In this document: positions 50,540 to 64,000 of the stretch, piece by piece
Layout of the letters: every line of letters starts with the position of its first letter
Position numbering within the stretch: position 1 is the stretch's first letter
Assembly (NCBI GenBank): GCA_033442325.1
Contig: JAWQFM010000008.1
Span: 434,001 to 498,000 of the forward strand
DNA length: 64,000 nt
Direction of reading: 5' to 3'
From: Salpingoeca rosetta
Taxonomy: Eukaryota > Protista > Choanoflagellata
Position numbers and translations under genes: made by a program
The notes under the pieces: generated by a model
What the model was told of the DNA's origin: nothing
The model's database searches: none
Seen by the model: only the letters and a program-made list of their open reading frames with translations

Positions 50540-51262
50540 ATGCCGCAACAGCACTCTCGTTCACACACAGCCCCCAATACACCAAGCACAACCTGTTGCA
50601 ACGCGTGCATTGCGCAGGCGGGTAGTGCGTGAGTGGTTGTGGCATGCACTTCTTCTCGGTTCAGTTTTGGTTGTGCTGCTGTGTGTTTTGATTCTTACCT
50701 GACTGTGGTGGATGTTGTCATGTCAAGGAGTTGCGTGTTGTGGTTGTATGTTGTGTGTGTGTGTGTGCATGTGTGTTCCCATTGCCTCGCTTGCTTACCT
50801 GTGCTTGTTGTGTCTGTGCTTTCCCTCTTGCTTTCCCTGTCGTTTTGCTTGTTGTTCTTCCCTCGCTTGCCACCCTCTTGCACTGTCCACGACACCAGTG
50901 CCGTCATCATCCACAACCCAAAGTAGACAAACATCTCGCAGCCATGTGATTGTGAGACTCTTCGTTGTGGACTCACTGGCATTCGGGTGTGCATGTATGG
51001 CAGAGTGGTAACGTGGTGCATGCGCAGGGTGTTGAGAGGTGGTGTGGGATGGATGAAGAAACGAGACAGCGTAGCGGCGTGGAAGAAAGAGAATCAACAA
51101 TGCGTACGCGTCGCCAAGCAACAACAGACGGAAAACAAAGGATTTTGGGCATGACTGTGGGCTTCGATGTGTTGATGTGGGCGCAACTTTAGCCGTGATG
51201 TGGTGATGTGCGGTGTTTGGTGCTGGCACACGTCACATCAGGCGCACATTCGTCACAACGTA

Positions 51263-51605
51263 TCACAGCAGGTCTGGGTTTGGCTCGCCACAGCGGCAGA
51301 AGCGCTTGTACGAGAACACCTTGTCGCCGCAGAACCCGCACTGCCAATCGCCGTCGCGCGTGTGCTCTTCAGATGCGCGTGCGTGTCCGCAAAGACACTT
51401 TGTCGCATACACAAAGTTGAGGCGACCACACGTGGGGCAGTCCCAGTCCCCGGCAGCGCGACGCTCCATCACCTCATCCGCCGTGGAGAACGGCAGGTTG
51501 CGCGGGTGTGTGGGCGATGATGCTGTGGTGGTGGTCGTCGTTGTTGCACTTGCGTGGCAGCGGTGGGCGGACGTGTGCAGGCGCCGTGTCGACTGCTGCA
51601 GCGGG
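51263..51605 (-). CDS. Exon encoding two variant RanBP2-type zinc fingers; either the terminal exon of the AidB gene or a separate small gene
   Basis: GDWDCPTCGRLNFVYATKCLCG and DGDWQCGFCGDKVFSYKRFCRCG; acceptor TTGCAG immediately upstream. Confidence 0.75.
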
Positions 51606-51749
51606 CTGCAATGACGGTGGGCGGTTGGTGGTTGGTGAGTGGTGGCGGTTGATATTGATATGACAGGCTGTAGTAGATGCACACACACTCACACACACAC
51701 ACACAACCACACACACACACACACACAACCACACAACCACACACACACG

Positions 51750-51849
<100 letters not shown>

Positions 51850-51920
51850 GCTGATAATAGCAGTGAACAAGCCCCCTCCCCCAACATTCACACTCGTTCC
51901 AGCATTCTCCAGGCCATCAC

Positions 51921-52571
51921 TCACTTCCAGGCGTGCGTTGTGCTGGCAGCCTCTGGCTTGACGATGGTGTTGCTGCGGGTGATGATTGCATCGACGTCAC
52001 ACCCCGGCTCCAGCGCACCGTATTCAAGGCGCGTTGGCGATCCAGACAGCCGCTGAGGAGGGAGAGGGCGGAGGACGCGTGGCGAGAGGTGTGAGTGTGA
52101 GTGTAGGTGAGTGAGTGGGTGTAGGTGCGTGTGTGTGTGCATGTGTGTGTGAGTGAGAGTGAGAGAGGTAGGCACACGAAACAGGTGTGCAAAGACGTGG
52201 TGCACGGCAGTCGACGCACTGTCTTGAGGAAAGCATCCACAACAGCTTCCGTGCTGGTGCGCGACAGAGCGACGGCCTGCAGCGACAAAAACGACAAAAA
52301 ATGAGATGTTTGAGTTCATTTCATACACGCACACGCACACGCACGCACACACACACGTACACACATACACGGGCAAAAAGGCGCACCTGCAGCAGAAGAG
52401 CGGCGGTGCCGACAATGTTACGGAGACGGCCCTGGTTCTGCCCAATGTTCTCAATCTCAGCCTTGAGCTGCACACATACGCATGAGTGAATGGATGCACG
52501 CACATGGGTCACGTGTGTCATGTCATGCATGTGAGAAGTTGTGTGTGTGTGTGTGTGTGTAAGAGTGTGAG

Positions 52572-52605
<34 letters not shown>

Positions 52606-54842
52606 GTGAGGTATGGGTGAATCACGATGCGTGGAGGTTTGTAATGTGTGCCGTCATTACCTTGTTGAACTTGCGGCCGTATTCTTCGACGTGACCGAGC
52701 GATGAGAGCTCGTGCATCAGCGCCTCAACAGCGCTGGACAGGACAGCAAAGACACAGGCAGCAGCAGCAGCACATAAGACGGTGAGCGTGCTTGGTACGG
52801 TGTCATTGTGACATACGAGAGCTTCTATGGGCGTACACATGTGACGTGGGTGTAGCATGGGTGTTGATGTGTGTGTGTGTGTACACGCACAATTTTCAAC
52901 ACACGCACACGCACGCACACGCGCGCACACATGCACAACAGCCGCACGCAAGCAAATACGTATGCGTACTCTGGCTCGCGGTGGAAGCATCGAAGAACAT
53001 CGAGACAAATGACGTTTCCGGATCCTTCCCAAATGGCATTGAGCGGGGCCTGGCGGTACAGGCGGCCCATCGGGCCCTCGTCCACATACCCTAAACGCGG
53101 CCAGCAGGAAGCAAAGGCGGTGGGAGGGGCATATCACGTGAGGACGCATGTGCATGTGTATGCGTATGTGTATGTGCGTGTGCATGTGTTGGTTGTGTGC
53201 TTGTGTTGGTTGTAGTGTGGTGTCTATGCAAGACAACAACCACATGCGAGGAGGAGGAAGAAGAAACCGGGCGCAAGTTACGCTAACCGTTTCCGCCAAG
53301 ACTCTCCATGGCCTCATACACAAACTGGGGCGCGCGCTTGCAGATGTGGTACTTTGCAATGGCGGTGGCAATGCGACCAAGCGCCTGTACAGCGACGTGA
53401 TGCGACACGGAGAGGCAGTGGTGTGTGGATGCACGTGTTGGGAGGGGAGGGGGATTAGATGCGGGCGTTCGCGCCGTGTGTATACGTGTGGATGTGCGGG
53501 CATTTGTGTCTGCATGTGTACGGGTACATGAGCATGTGTTCACGGCGGCCGCTGTACCTTGTCGTATTCGGAGGCCTGCGCGTCAAACGTGGACGCGATG
53601 CGGAACGCAAGTGCAGTTGCGGCCTCGCTCTCAATCGTCTGTCGGGTGTGTGCGTGAGAGAGTGTGTGTAGGGGGGAGTGTGCGTGTGTGTGTGCGAGTG
53701 TGTGAGTGTGTGTGTGGGTGTGTGAGTGAGTGTGGGTGCGTGTGTGAGGGTGTGTTTGCGTGTGTGCATGTGAGTGAGCATGTCGTGCGAGACAGCACAG
53801 GTGGTGACAACAATGGCAAGCCATGGCACAGGCAGCAGCGATTCACAGCGGAAGGAGGGGGACGCACGAGATCGGCAACGACGGCGCGCATGAGTGGCGT
53901 GTCGAGCAGAACAGATCCAAACGCAGACCGGTGGCTGTCAACACACACACACACGCACACGCACACACACACGCACGCATATGCACACGCACGCACATGC
54001 AAAGACGCACATGTTCACGAACACACAAACACACATAGTTTTTGGCCACGCACACATGACAAGGAGGTCAGCATTCAGGGGTCGCACAATAAAGCGTGAA
54101 GAGCAACGACAATAGTCAACACGCACGCGAAGCATGTAAATGAACACACATGCAAACACACGAGAGAACATACGCGTGTGCATGCACATGCGAGCGGAGG
54201 AGCAACAACGACATGAGGGGGGACCTGGTGTGGTTGACGGCCTCAAAGAGAGCGCGCTTCATGAGACCAGCAGTGCCGACGAGGCAGTCCAGCCTGAATA
54301 CACACGCACATACACATTCACACACACAGGATATGCACGCGCGTCCACGCAAAACACACAACGCGGTGTGGTCAGTGCGATGTGCACGTGCTTCCAAATC
54401 AGCACTGTGCAAGCAACCACACTTCAGCCCACCCAACACGGCAATGATGACCGCATTGTGACAACAGCGGTGCGCCCACCTTGTGTTCTGCACCATTTCG
54501 AGGATGATTGCAATGCCGCGGCCCTCGGGCCCAAGCAGCTCTGCGTATGCGTTGTGGTACTCGACCTCGCTCGATGCATTCGACCGGTCTCCAACTTTGC
54601 TCTGGTGTTGACGTGTTTGGTTTGTGGATTGGTGAGCCCGGTTGGGTTTGTGGCAGCGAGAACGTGGAATAAAGAAGCGAGGTTTGGAGAGACGAAACAC
54701 CCCCAATGTGTGCGAGGGTCGCACGCGTGTGCGTTGCACATATGTCTGACCTTGAGGCGCTGGAATCGCAGTCCTTCGTTTCGTTCGCCGGTTGAGGGAA
54801 CCCAACGCGGTACAATGAAGCATGACAGCCCGTTCTCCGTCT

Positions 54843-54873
<31 letters not shown>

Positions 54874-56915
54874 GGTACGTGCGCACCCGATATGGGCTTG
54901 TGTATCAGCGTGGTGTTGAACAGAAGCAAACAAATCACCAGGATGGGCACATCATCCATGATATGCACACACATACATGCACACATGCAAACACATGTAC
55001 CGCCAACAAAGCGCCGTCATTGTACCTGGGCGAGGGTGAGGAAGGCATCGCACATTGGCGCCGATGTGAACCACTTGTGACCGTTGAGGAAATAAGCGGA
55101 ACCAGGCCCTGTCTTGTTGGCGTCAACGGGCTTTGCAGTCGTGATGTTGGCCCGCACATCCTGCGATCATAATGCAAACATACATACACATGGAAAGGGT
55201 AAGCGTTGACAGCGACAGCCGACAACTCGCCAAATCATCTTCCCCCCCCCCCCCCCAAACATCAACATCTCCCTGCCTCCTTGCTCTCCAGTACAACACA
55301 CCACACCCATCGCCTCTGTTGTGGTCGCAAGAAACGCGCGAGCCACTTGCGACAGGATGTGACTTACAGAGCCGCCCTGCTTCTCTGTCATGGACATGCC
55401 AATGGTGATGCCGTTCTTCTCCGTGGCGGGAACGTTGCGCGGATCGTACTCGGGCGTGATGGCCTTCGTCAAGAAACTGAAGCACACGCGCGCACACACG
55501 CAGCGTTGCACAAACGGCGTACCCGATGTGTGCAGTGTACGTTGGTGTGTTTGCGGTGTGTGTTTGTGGTGTGTGTTTGTGGTGTGTGTGGGTGTTGAAG
55601 CGTGAGCAGATGTCTGCTCAGTCGCCGCAAAGCGCTCAATCTCCATCATAACACCGCCTCCGACTCTATCAACAGCCACGTGAGCATAAACAGTCACAAA
55701 ACAATACAAAACGCAATACACACACACACGACAGCCGCGCGCGCTTGTTGGTTGACTGGCGGGCACGTACTCGCAGACGGAGCGCTGCTCGTCAGTCATG
55801 TGCTTCAGGGCAGGCACGCATGCGTAGGTCATCGTCTGCGGGCACTGGGTGCCAGACTCGGCCTGGTACATGAGGTAGCCGAGAGCAGAGCGCGCGACGG
55901 CGCTGCCGCGCTTGTCGGCGTTGCGCCAGGAGTACGAGGGGATTTCAGCCTCGATGCCAAGCCTTACAGGTGTGTAGCGGGCGGCATGGCATGTGGCCGA
56001 TGAATGAAGGGATTCATAGGGCGCGTGGGTGAGGAGAAAGCTGCTGTCAAGGCAATACAACAACAAACATGCGAACGAACAAATACACAAACACACGCAA
56101 CCACACAAACACACACAGACACACACGCACACACAAACACAAACACATGCACAGACATGACAGTATCGTGCAGTGGTACGCACTTCATGATCTCATGATA
56201 AGCGGGGTGGTACTTGACAAAGTCAATGCGGTTGCCAAACCGATCGTGAGAGTGGAAGACCGGGATGTTCTCGTTGGCCTGTAACAAACCCAGAGATGGC
56301 AACAGTTGATATCATGGTGAGTACGAGGGTCTGTGCAGTAACGACAGGATGCTGTTGTGTGCAGGCCCATGCAGTGAGATGCGTTGCACAACGCCGTTGC
56401 GTGACACGCAGGCGAGTGAGCTCTGAACAGGCGTCTCTTACGTCGCGTGCGAGCTCAGCCACGTGCTGGCTGCCGGCCAGCTTGCCCACATAGGAGATTT
56501 GCTCCGTTCCAAAGTCTGCACCGTAAAAGCTGACGCACGACTGAAGAATTGGATCCGACTCAAACGCAGCAAAGTTCTCCAAGGCAGGGACCTGATTCAA
56601 CACCTGCAAAACAACACCACCACACCAACAACAGCAACAACGACAGTGCACCCAGCAACGACCGTCCACCGCCATTAGTGCATAGAAAACAACACACACA
56701 ACACCAAACACAAATTCTACAACTCACGCCACACAACACAATAACGCACACCGTGTTTCCTTTCCGCGCCACCCTGCATACACTGTTGGTGTAAACGTGC
56801 GCCATGCAAAACGTACCCGCGACTGCGGTGGAGGTGTGTCCCCGAAGAAAGAGAGCTGGCGGCGCGTCGTCGTGCTCAACGCACGAACACCACCGCGAAG
56901 CTGTGGCAGCAACAT
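51921..56915 (-). CDS. aidB: AidB-like acyl-CoA dehydrogenase with predicted mitochondrial presequence; about 17 exons
   Basis: VLNQVP, HDRFGNRID.V.YHPAYH, CPQTMTYA, GMSMTEKQGGSDV, GHKWFTSAPMCD, NASSEVEY, EAMESLGGNGYV, APLNAIWEGSGNV. N-terminus MLLPQLRGGVRALSTTTRRQLS. Confidence 0.9.
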
Positions 56916-57061
56916 CTTGCTTGCTTGCTTGCTTGCGGGGATGTGGTTGTGGAAGAATGGATCATGTTTTTCGGTGATTTTCGGCAGTGGTCGGACGCTG
57001 ATGCACCAACAGTGGCTCCAGCTCCAGTTGTAGTCCTGCTTCCTCCACTCGCACACTGAGC

Positions 57062-59764
57062 ATGCGTCGTGCGATGATCGCTGTGATTGCTGCTTGGTGT
57101 TGGGTGATCACGCTGATCCCAACCGTCTGCACCAGCATCGAGGTGTGGTGTATGTACATACATGTGTGTACATGTGTCTGTGTCTGTATGTGTGTGTGTC
57201 TGTATGTGTGTGTACATGTGTCTGTGTCTGTATGTGTGTGTGTGTCTGTGTGTGTGTGTGTCTGTGGGTCTGTGTCGTGTCTGTGTCTGTGTCTGTGTCT
57301 GTGTCTGTGTTTGTGTGCCTGTGTTTGTGTGATGTGTTCATGTGAAGATGTGTTTGTGTGTGTGTCTGTTTGTCGCTATTGCATCTGTTTGTCTCTTGTG
57401 TGTCTGCTTTTATCTTTGAATTCTGTCCCTACCTTCCGCTCCTCTGTCCCTACCTTCTACTCCTCTGTCCCTACCTTCTGCTCCTCTGTCCACTCATCTA
57501 TCTCCCTGCGCTTCCACTCCTCCACTGCTCATGGGGCTGCAAATCTTTCAGGTGCGAGAGAGCTACGGCGAGGTGCTGAACACATTCAGCTGGGATGTGC
57601 AGCCGAACGATCCAGATGTGCAAGAAGCGGCACAACATGCGCTCCAACATATCTGGTTCCACACAAATCGACAGTGCCATAACCCAAACGCCTCTGCCTC
57701 CGCGCCGCCGGTGGCACAGCAGCATCTTCTCCAGTCAGCCGTGCTTCTGTTCCCGTCCAAACACATTCTGTACCAGACTAAGGACGGTCAGTTAGTTTGC
57801 ACTGGTATTGATGGGCTGTGTGTTTCAGAAGCTTCTTCCTCTATTGCAGTGATGTTGCACACCAACAACTTTGCCCCAAGCCGGGTACTCCACGCAATGA
57901 CATGGCATCCCAAACAACGTGCAACGCACGTGCGCCTGTGTTGTATCGTTTCGCAGGTCAGCACCCATATGTGATCCGGTTCATGGATCACGCGCACCGT
58001 GTGCAGCGACGCACCGTCATTCTGGTCGGTGCATGATGCGTGCTTTGCGGTGCTTCTGTGTTGATTACAGCGTTTGCAGTGCCCGTGTCTGTCCCTTTCC
58101 CTGCGTGCTTGTTCACCTGTTGTATTGCTCACCTCCTCTGCCACCTCCTGCGTCACCTCCTCCGCCACTGCCACCACCACCGCTGCTCGCACAGGGAATC
58201 ACGTACTACTTTACACTGATGTGGGAAGGCGGATGTGCATCGCATTGGGCACAGCACACCCCCGATGCATACCACCACCACTTTGTTGTCACAAAAGACA
58301 GAGACAAGACGTTGTCGGTCATTAGCCATCACGTGACACACGTGCCGGACACAGAGACGACTGCCATCTTGATGGCCCACACTCAGCTCCACCCAGATGA
58401 CCGCGCTGTGTTCACCGAACACAATACATGGCAGAAGGTATATGTGTGCGCGTGTGTGTGATAGGATATCGCACTGGTGAAACTTGCCTTGAATTCGAAT
58501 CTAATTGCTTGCTTGCTTGTCCATTTGTACGAAAGAACGTGTGTGTGTGTGTGTGTGTATGTATGTTTGTGTTTGTGTGTGTGCGTTTGTGTGTGTATTT
58601 GCGTGTGTGTTTTGTGTTTGTGTGTTTGTGTGTGCATCGGGGTTTGCTTATTGTGCGCGCTCTACCAGCTCACATGAGCGTACCTTCCGCACATACGCAC
58701 GCACACGCACACTCACATACACACCCACATACACACCCACACCCACACCCACATACACATACACATACACATACACACGCGCACGTGGTGTCAGCTTCGG
58801 ATGCTGGATGACGGCGCCAGTGAAGAAGAGCCTTTGCCCGTGGAAATGCAGGCGTTGCTGCGCTTTGAGCGGGGAGTCGTCGGACGTGTTGTGTCACTCA
58901 CACCTCTGAGGGTCAGTCGTGGCACCTTGACACGTGCTGAGCGAGGGTTGACACACCTCTGTCGTGACACCATTTTAAGACTTGACAGGAAAACGGCCCT
59001 CGTGCTCCACCACCAACAGTATCTCATCAAAAACCCATCATGACCCGGATTAACATATCTCTGAGTATCACTTGATGTGCCTATGTTCTCATTGCTGGTC
59101 ATTGCAGCTGGGTAACCATTCATCATGCAAAGCATGCATGCCAGATGTGGTTTCAGCACACCGACGATGGTGGGTTGGCTGCATGGCATTGCCACCACAA
59201 CCTTTCGTGCTCACACGTAAACAAACTCACAACAACACACAAAACATCTGATGGATGATACGTCATCACACCACATCGGCGGGGCGTCCATCGCGTGCTA
59301 ACGTGTCACGCACCTGTTGTCTTGCGTCATGCAGGACCGCATGCATCCACGCTGCGCCGCCCGCTTCGCATTGCATCGTACAACATCTGGAACATCAACG
59401 AGTTTGACGACGGGACGTATGAAGAGCGGCTCAACCGCCTTGCTGCCCACGTCCGCACAGAAGACCCCGATGTCATCGCCTTCCAAGAGGTCGCTCATTG
59501 CTCTTTGTTTCGTTTGTTTGTTTGTTTGTTTGGTTGGTTGGTTGTTTGGTTGGTTGGTTGGTTGGTTGGTTGATTGGTTGGTTGGTTGTTGGTTTTTTTT
59601 TGTTTTTTTGTTTTTGAGTATGTATGTCTGCGCGCCTCCCTGCCTCCTTGCCCTCCTGCCTACCTGTGTGCCTGTCTTCAACTTGTGCATCCAGCGTATG
59701 GTGCCGTGTGTGCCTTGTCTGTGTGCTCATGTTTGTCTTCACCGACTAACTTGACCAAACACCC

Positions 59765-59799
<35 letters not shown>

Positions 59800-60960
59800 T
59801 GTATGTATGTGTATGTATGTGTGTGCGCGCCCAGGTTCGTCACGATGCGCTTCGCGACAGTCAGCCCGCGAGCTTGGCGGCACTTCTGCCCACTTACCAC
59901 TACGTGTATCAGCCAGCCATGACATATGCAGAGCAGGTCTTTGGGAGGTACGCTTGACACCGCGCATGTGAACGTGGCTTGGTGTCGTTGTTGTGTTCTC
60001 TCAGATCGCCACAAACGTGTTCACTCACTTGTGTGCGACCCTCTATGCACCACACACGCGCGCACTTCTGCACACAATTGTCTTGTGACAGGGTTGAGGA
60101 AGGTGTTGCTGTGTTTTCGAAATATCCAATTGTGGGAATCGACTATCGCCTCCTTTACAGAAACAGGTCCTGCATGCATGGCGTGTTGTATGTCTGTATA
60201 TGTCCGCGTGTATGTGTGTGCGTGTATGTGTGTGCGTGCATATGTGTGTGTGCGTGTGCGTGCGTGTGTGAGTGTGTGCGCGCATGTGTAGGGGCGCGTT
60301 GATGGCTTTGTCGAGTCCCTCACAACAAGCGTACAATGCGTCATTGTACAGGCGCAACCATGCAGACGCGCATCAACGCGTTGTTCTTCGTGTCAATGTC
60401 GATGCCCCTCACCTTGGCCCTGTCAGCATCTTCGTCTCCCACTATGCTCTGGAGTACGTGCGAATGTGTGTGTGTGTGTGAGTGTGCCTGCATATAACAT
60501 CGTTTGCATGCGTGCGAGAGTGCGATTGCAAGTGCGCGTGTTCCTACTGTCAGCTTGCCATTGCTTCGGTCGAACAACAACTCCTGTGTGATCCTGTCCC
60601 CAACGCGTGATTCACCCGATCACTCACTCACTCACTCACTCACTCACTCACTCACTCACTCACTCATGCACGCATGCGCATCTGCCCAAATCAAACTATA
60701 AAGTGAAACTGCACGGCAGAGAGGTTGTGTGGAAACGTGGGAGTTTATTAAGGAGGACAACTCTAGCACACAGCTGTTTTTGGGTGATCTGAACGCAGAG
60801 CCAGACACGCCGTGTATCAGGTAATGCTATCGCGGTGTTACGCCTTGGGTCACTTCCGCAAGAGAGGTTTCATCCCACTCGCAGACACACACACACACAC
60901 ACGCACGCATACGCACGTACATACACACATACGCGCACCCAACGCGTCCGTTGTATTCTT

Positions 60961-61019
<59 letters not shown>

Positions 61020-61812
61020 CCTGCACTTGCTGACCGTTGATCGCAGGTGTTCAGAGAGTTTGCCTGGTGTCACATCACCTCCGCAAACGACTGCTCGTGC
61101 TTGTGCTGGCCCGCAGGTTCTTGTCTGGGAAAGCGCCGCTGCTTGAAGCGACGACAGATGGCGTGTATGACGCGTGGCTGGAGCTCCACCCCGAACCGCG
61201 CCCTGGCAGCAAGTGAGCTCTCTTGCAGTGGTTTTGATCATCATGGGCAATGCTTGTGTGTGTGTGTGTGTGTGTGTGTGCGTGGGGGTGTGTGTGTGTA
61301 TGTGTGTGTGTGTGTGCGTGCGTGCGTGTGTATGTGCGTGTGTGTGTGTGTCTTGGTTGGTTGGTTGACCAGTGTTTGTCCAAGTGCACGTCAACAGGTG
61401 TCGTGTTGCCCGTCCTTGCATGCTTTTTCCATCTTTTCCTTTGAAGCTGCGCAAAGTTCTCTGGCAACGCATGGCGTACCGCTGATGTATGCCACCACCA
61501 CACTGTGCAGATACGCAAGGACGAAGAGAGGGATGTTGGCCTCACCTTCAACACCTTTGGGGAGCAGCTTGTGAAACGCATCGACTACGCATTGATGCGA
61601 CACCCGCACATGGACGTGACCGTGTGCTCAATTGACGTGTTCCCCAGGTTTGTTTCCTGCTTGCTTTGCTGGCTGCTTGCTGGCTGTTCTCTGACTGCTT
61701 TTTCAATTGCGTTCTGCTTGCTGACTGCTCTCTCTCACGTTATTGGACTTTGTGCTTGCTTCTCACGGCGTTTGCTCGCTTACCATTCCCACGTTCCACC
61801 ATCCATCCGCCT

Positions 61813-61844
<32 letters not shown>

Positions 61845-61962
61845 CACACACACACACACAATTCACAGGGAGCGTGAAGAGCATCCGGCTTCTGATCATC
61901 TTGGTTTAGTGCTTGAATTGTGTACCATCACACCATCACTGTGCACATGCGATTACAAGTAA
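57062..61962 (+). CDS. Secreted endonuclease/exonuclease/phosphatase (EEP) family hydrolase with a long uncharacterised N-terminal region
   Basis: Signal peptide MRRAMIAVIAAWCWVITLIPTVCT. EEP motifs RIASYNIWN, DPDVIAFQE, GVAVFSKYPI, VSH, LGDLN, RIDY, SDHLG. Confidence 0.85.
57422..57490 (+). repeat. 21-bp minisatellite, about 3.3 copies (TCTGTCCCTACCTTCYRCTCC), intronic
   Basis: Visible tandem copies. Confidence 0.8.
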
Positions 61963-62384
61963 ACAGTCACCCTATCTGTTCTGCACATCCGATATCAACA
62001 CACCCACCCCCACTGCCCCCCCCCCCGCAACGCGGTCGTTCAAAGTCACACACGTACGCACACACTCTCTCTTAATACAGAGCAGTTCACTCTCTCCTTC
62101 CCTCACGCAAACAAACGCATTTGCGCACATGCACACACACGTAACCTCGTCCACAGTGAGCTAACACGAACAAAGCAAACGCGGAAGGATAAGGCAAAAA
62201 CAACCACACCTGCACCTATGTACATGCTTGCAAGTGATCGCCACACACACGCACACACACACTCTCACTCACACACATACTTACTCACTCGCCCACTAGT
62301 ACACATGCACTCTGTCGACAGCAACGCCAGCCTTCATGGCAGAACAAATGGTGAAGAGGAGCGTGGCTTGTGGGTGCATGACGC

Positions 62385-64000
62385 TTAGGGCATGATGTCC
62401 CCTGAGAAGTCGTCGTCAGACGTCGTGATGGCCGAGTCTGGTGGCGCGTAGTTGTCAAGGCTGTACTCAACAACGTCCGCAACGTTGGCGAACAAGGAAG
62501 GGAGCGCTTGCACCAGCGACAGGTATGTGTCCGTCCACAATGGTTGAGAGTCGAGGGCAGCAGCAACATCGGCAGAGTAGGCGTTGGCGGCCTTCACTTG
62601 CACGTCAAGACGTGACGACCCATCTGTGTTGCACACAATGGTTGGCGTGTCGATGTCCGTCGCCCGCACGGCGTACTCAGATAGCGACGTCACGAGCGCC
62701 AGTTTGAGCTCGTTCAGCACGTCCTGGCTCCACAGATCACACGACACAAGCACGAAGCGCACGGCTTGTGTGACGAGCGTGTATCCGACCTGTGCGCTTG
62801 CGCTCGTGTCAGCTTGGCAGTACAGTGGGGAGAAGTATGTCGCCAAGTCAACGGCCGCCTGCGCCGCCGTCAAGTTGCTCGCCGAAAACGCCTTCAGAAC
62901 AAGGTACGCTCGCGTGTTCTTCGGGAACATGCGCACGCTGTCCACCTCGACGTTCAACGCCAGCGGCGCGAGCTGGCCCTCCACAACACGCCTAACGTCC
63001 GCAAACAGGCCCCCAAACCCATCAGTCTTGAGCGAATCCTTTGGGTAGCACTGCGTCTCCTTCACCACGCCCACACACTGCACTGCACCGGCGGCCGATG
63101 TACCTGCAAAACACATCAAGGCAAGGCAAAAATGTTACAGCATGCGTGAGTGAACGAGTGATGTTGAGGAGGAAGCGCGAACGGTCGTGTAATCAATGCA
63201 AGAGCAAGTCACACGCATGGTACATGCTACATGGGGAAGGGCTCAAGTGCACGTGTACACATGTACCCGCAAACACGCGCGTACACAGTCATTTATCGTG
63301 ACACACATGAGCACGATCACACAGCGTAACACGCATGAGCCAGCACGCGCGCGCACACACATCACATCACATCATACAACAACAGTCTCTCACCAAAGAC
63401 GTTGCTGTTAAGGCTGTCTACGTCAGCGCTGAGGGTACAACTGAGCTCAGTCAGCTCAAGCAGTTTCAATGCCGTGTCCTCGGCGTCAACCCGCACCTGC
63501 TCATTGAACACGCTCACATCAACACCGTCCACAGTGCCAAAGACGTCCAAGTTCTCGCCAATCGTTGCTGTTCCCGCGACATCCAGCTCACCCTCCACTG
63601 CGAGGTCGTTGGAGATGATGGCTGCGTCCGCCGACAGCACCGAGAACGTTTTCGTGCCCGTAATCTCCTGGTCGGTGTTGAGGGTGACGTAGCGTTCGTC
63701 AAGCGCCGTGTAGTTGAGGGGCGCTGTGCTGTTGAGAGCAACTTGCATGACCTCTGCAATTGCATTCATCGTCTGCGACACCGTCTCTGCCACGCGATCC
63801 TCAAGCTCCAGGCGTGTGATGGTGGCCGCTTCCTCCTGCACGTGCACACGGCACGAGGAGCCGCCGTAAGTCGCAAGGTCCACAACTGCGCTGTAGGAGC
63901 TGACGCCTGCAGGTGAGTTCGCGGTCGTGTCCGCCTTGCACAAAGCAGGTGCCGGGTCCTCCGCCTGGCCCTCGGCCGCGTTGATCTGCAGCATAACCAG
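62385..64000 (-). CDS. 3' end of an uncharacterised, probably extracellular protein with fibre-like beta repeats and coiled coils. Exons >64000-63394 and 63103-62385
   Basis: Phase-1 GT-AG intron joins two coding-like frames; motifs YVTLNTDQEITGTKTF and GTVDGVDVS. Confidence 0.7.

Overview
Eukaryotic, GC-rich, gene-dense and intron-rich genomic DNA with GT-AG introns full of (CA)n/(GT)n microsatellites and two N-gaps. The style and gene content (beta-type spectrin, GAF-PDE, MAP4K-CNH, PRDX6) fit a unicellular holozoan, most likely a choanoflagellate such as Salpingoeca rosetta (inferred, not verified). Most ORF-track entries are microsatellite or antisense artefacts. By stitching exons by hand (phases checked at many junctions) I find about 15 genes: the 3' end of a beta-type spectrin; a YTHDC1-like m6A reader with a large RS/Pro/RG tail; a single-GAF class I phosphodiesterase; an intronless ARM/polyQ protein; a fusion of a Ca3427/THI5-like solute-binding domain to a SAM methyltransferase; a small filamin-Ig protein; NSUN2/Trm4; a probable MED10; PRDX6; RPL10; a low-complexity protein; a MAP4K-CNH kinase; a mitochondrial AidB-like acyl-CoA dehydrogenase followed by, and probably fused to, variant RanBP2 zinc fingers; a secreted EEP hydrolase; and the 3' end of a gene with phage-fibre-like repeats. 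The best candidates for undescribed biology are the solute-binding/methyltransferase fusion, the AidB/zinc-finger arrangement and the fibre-like protein. All family assignments come from recalled motifs; no database search was run.
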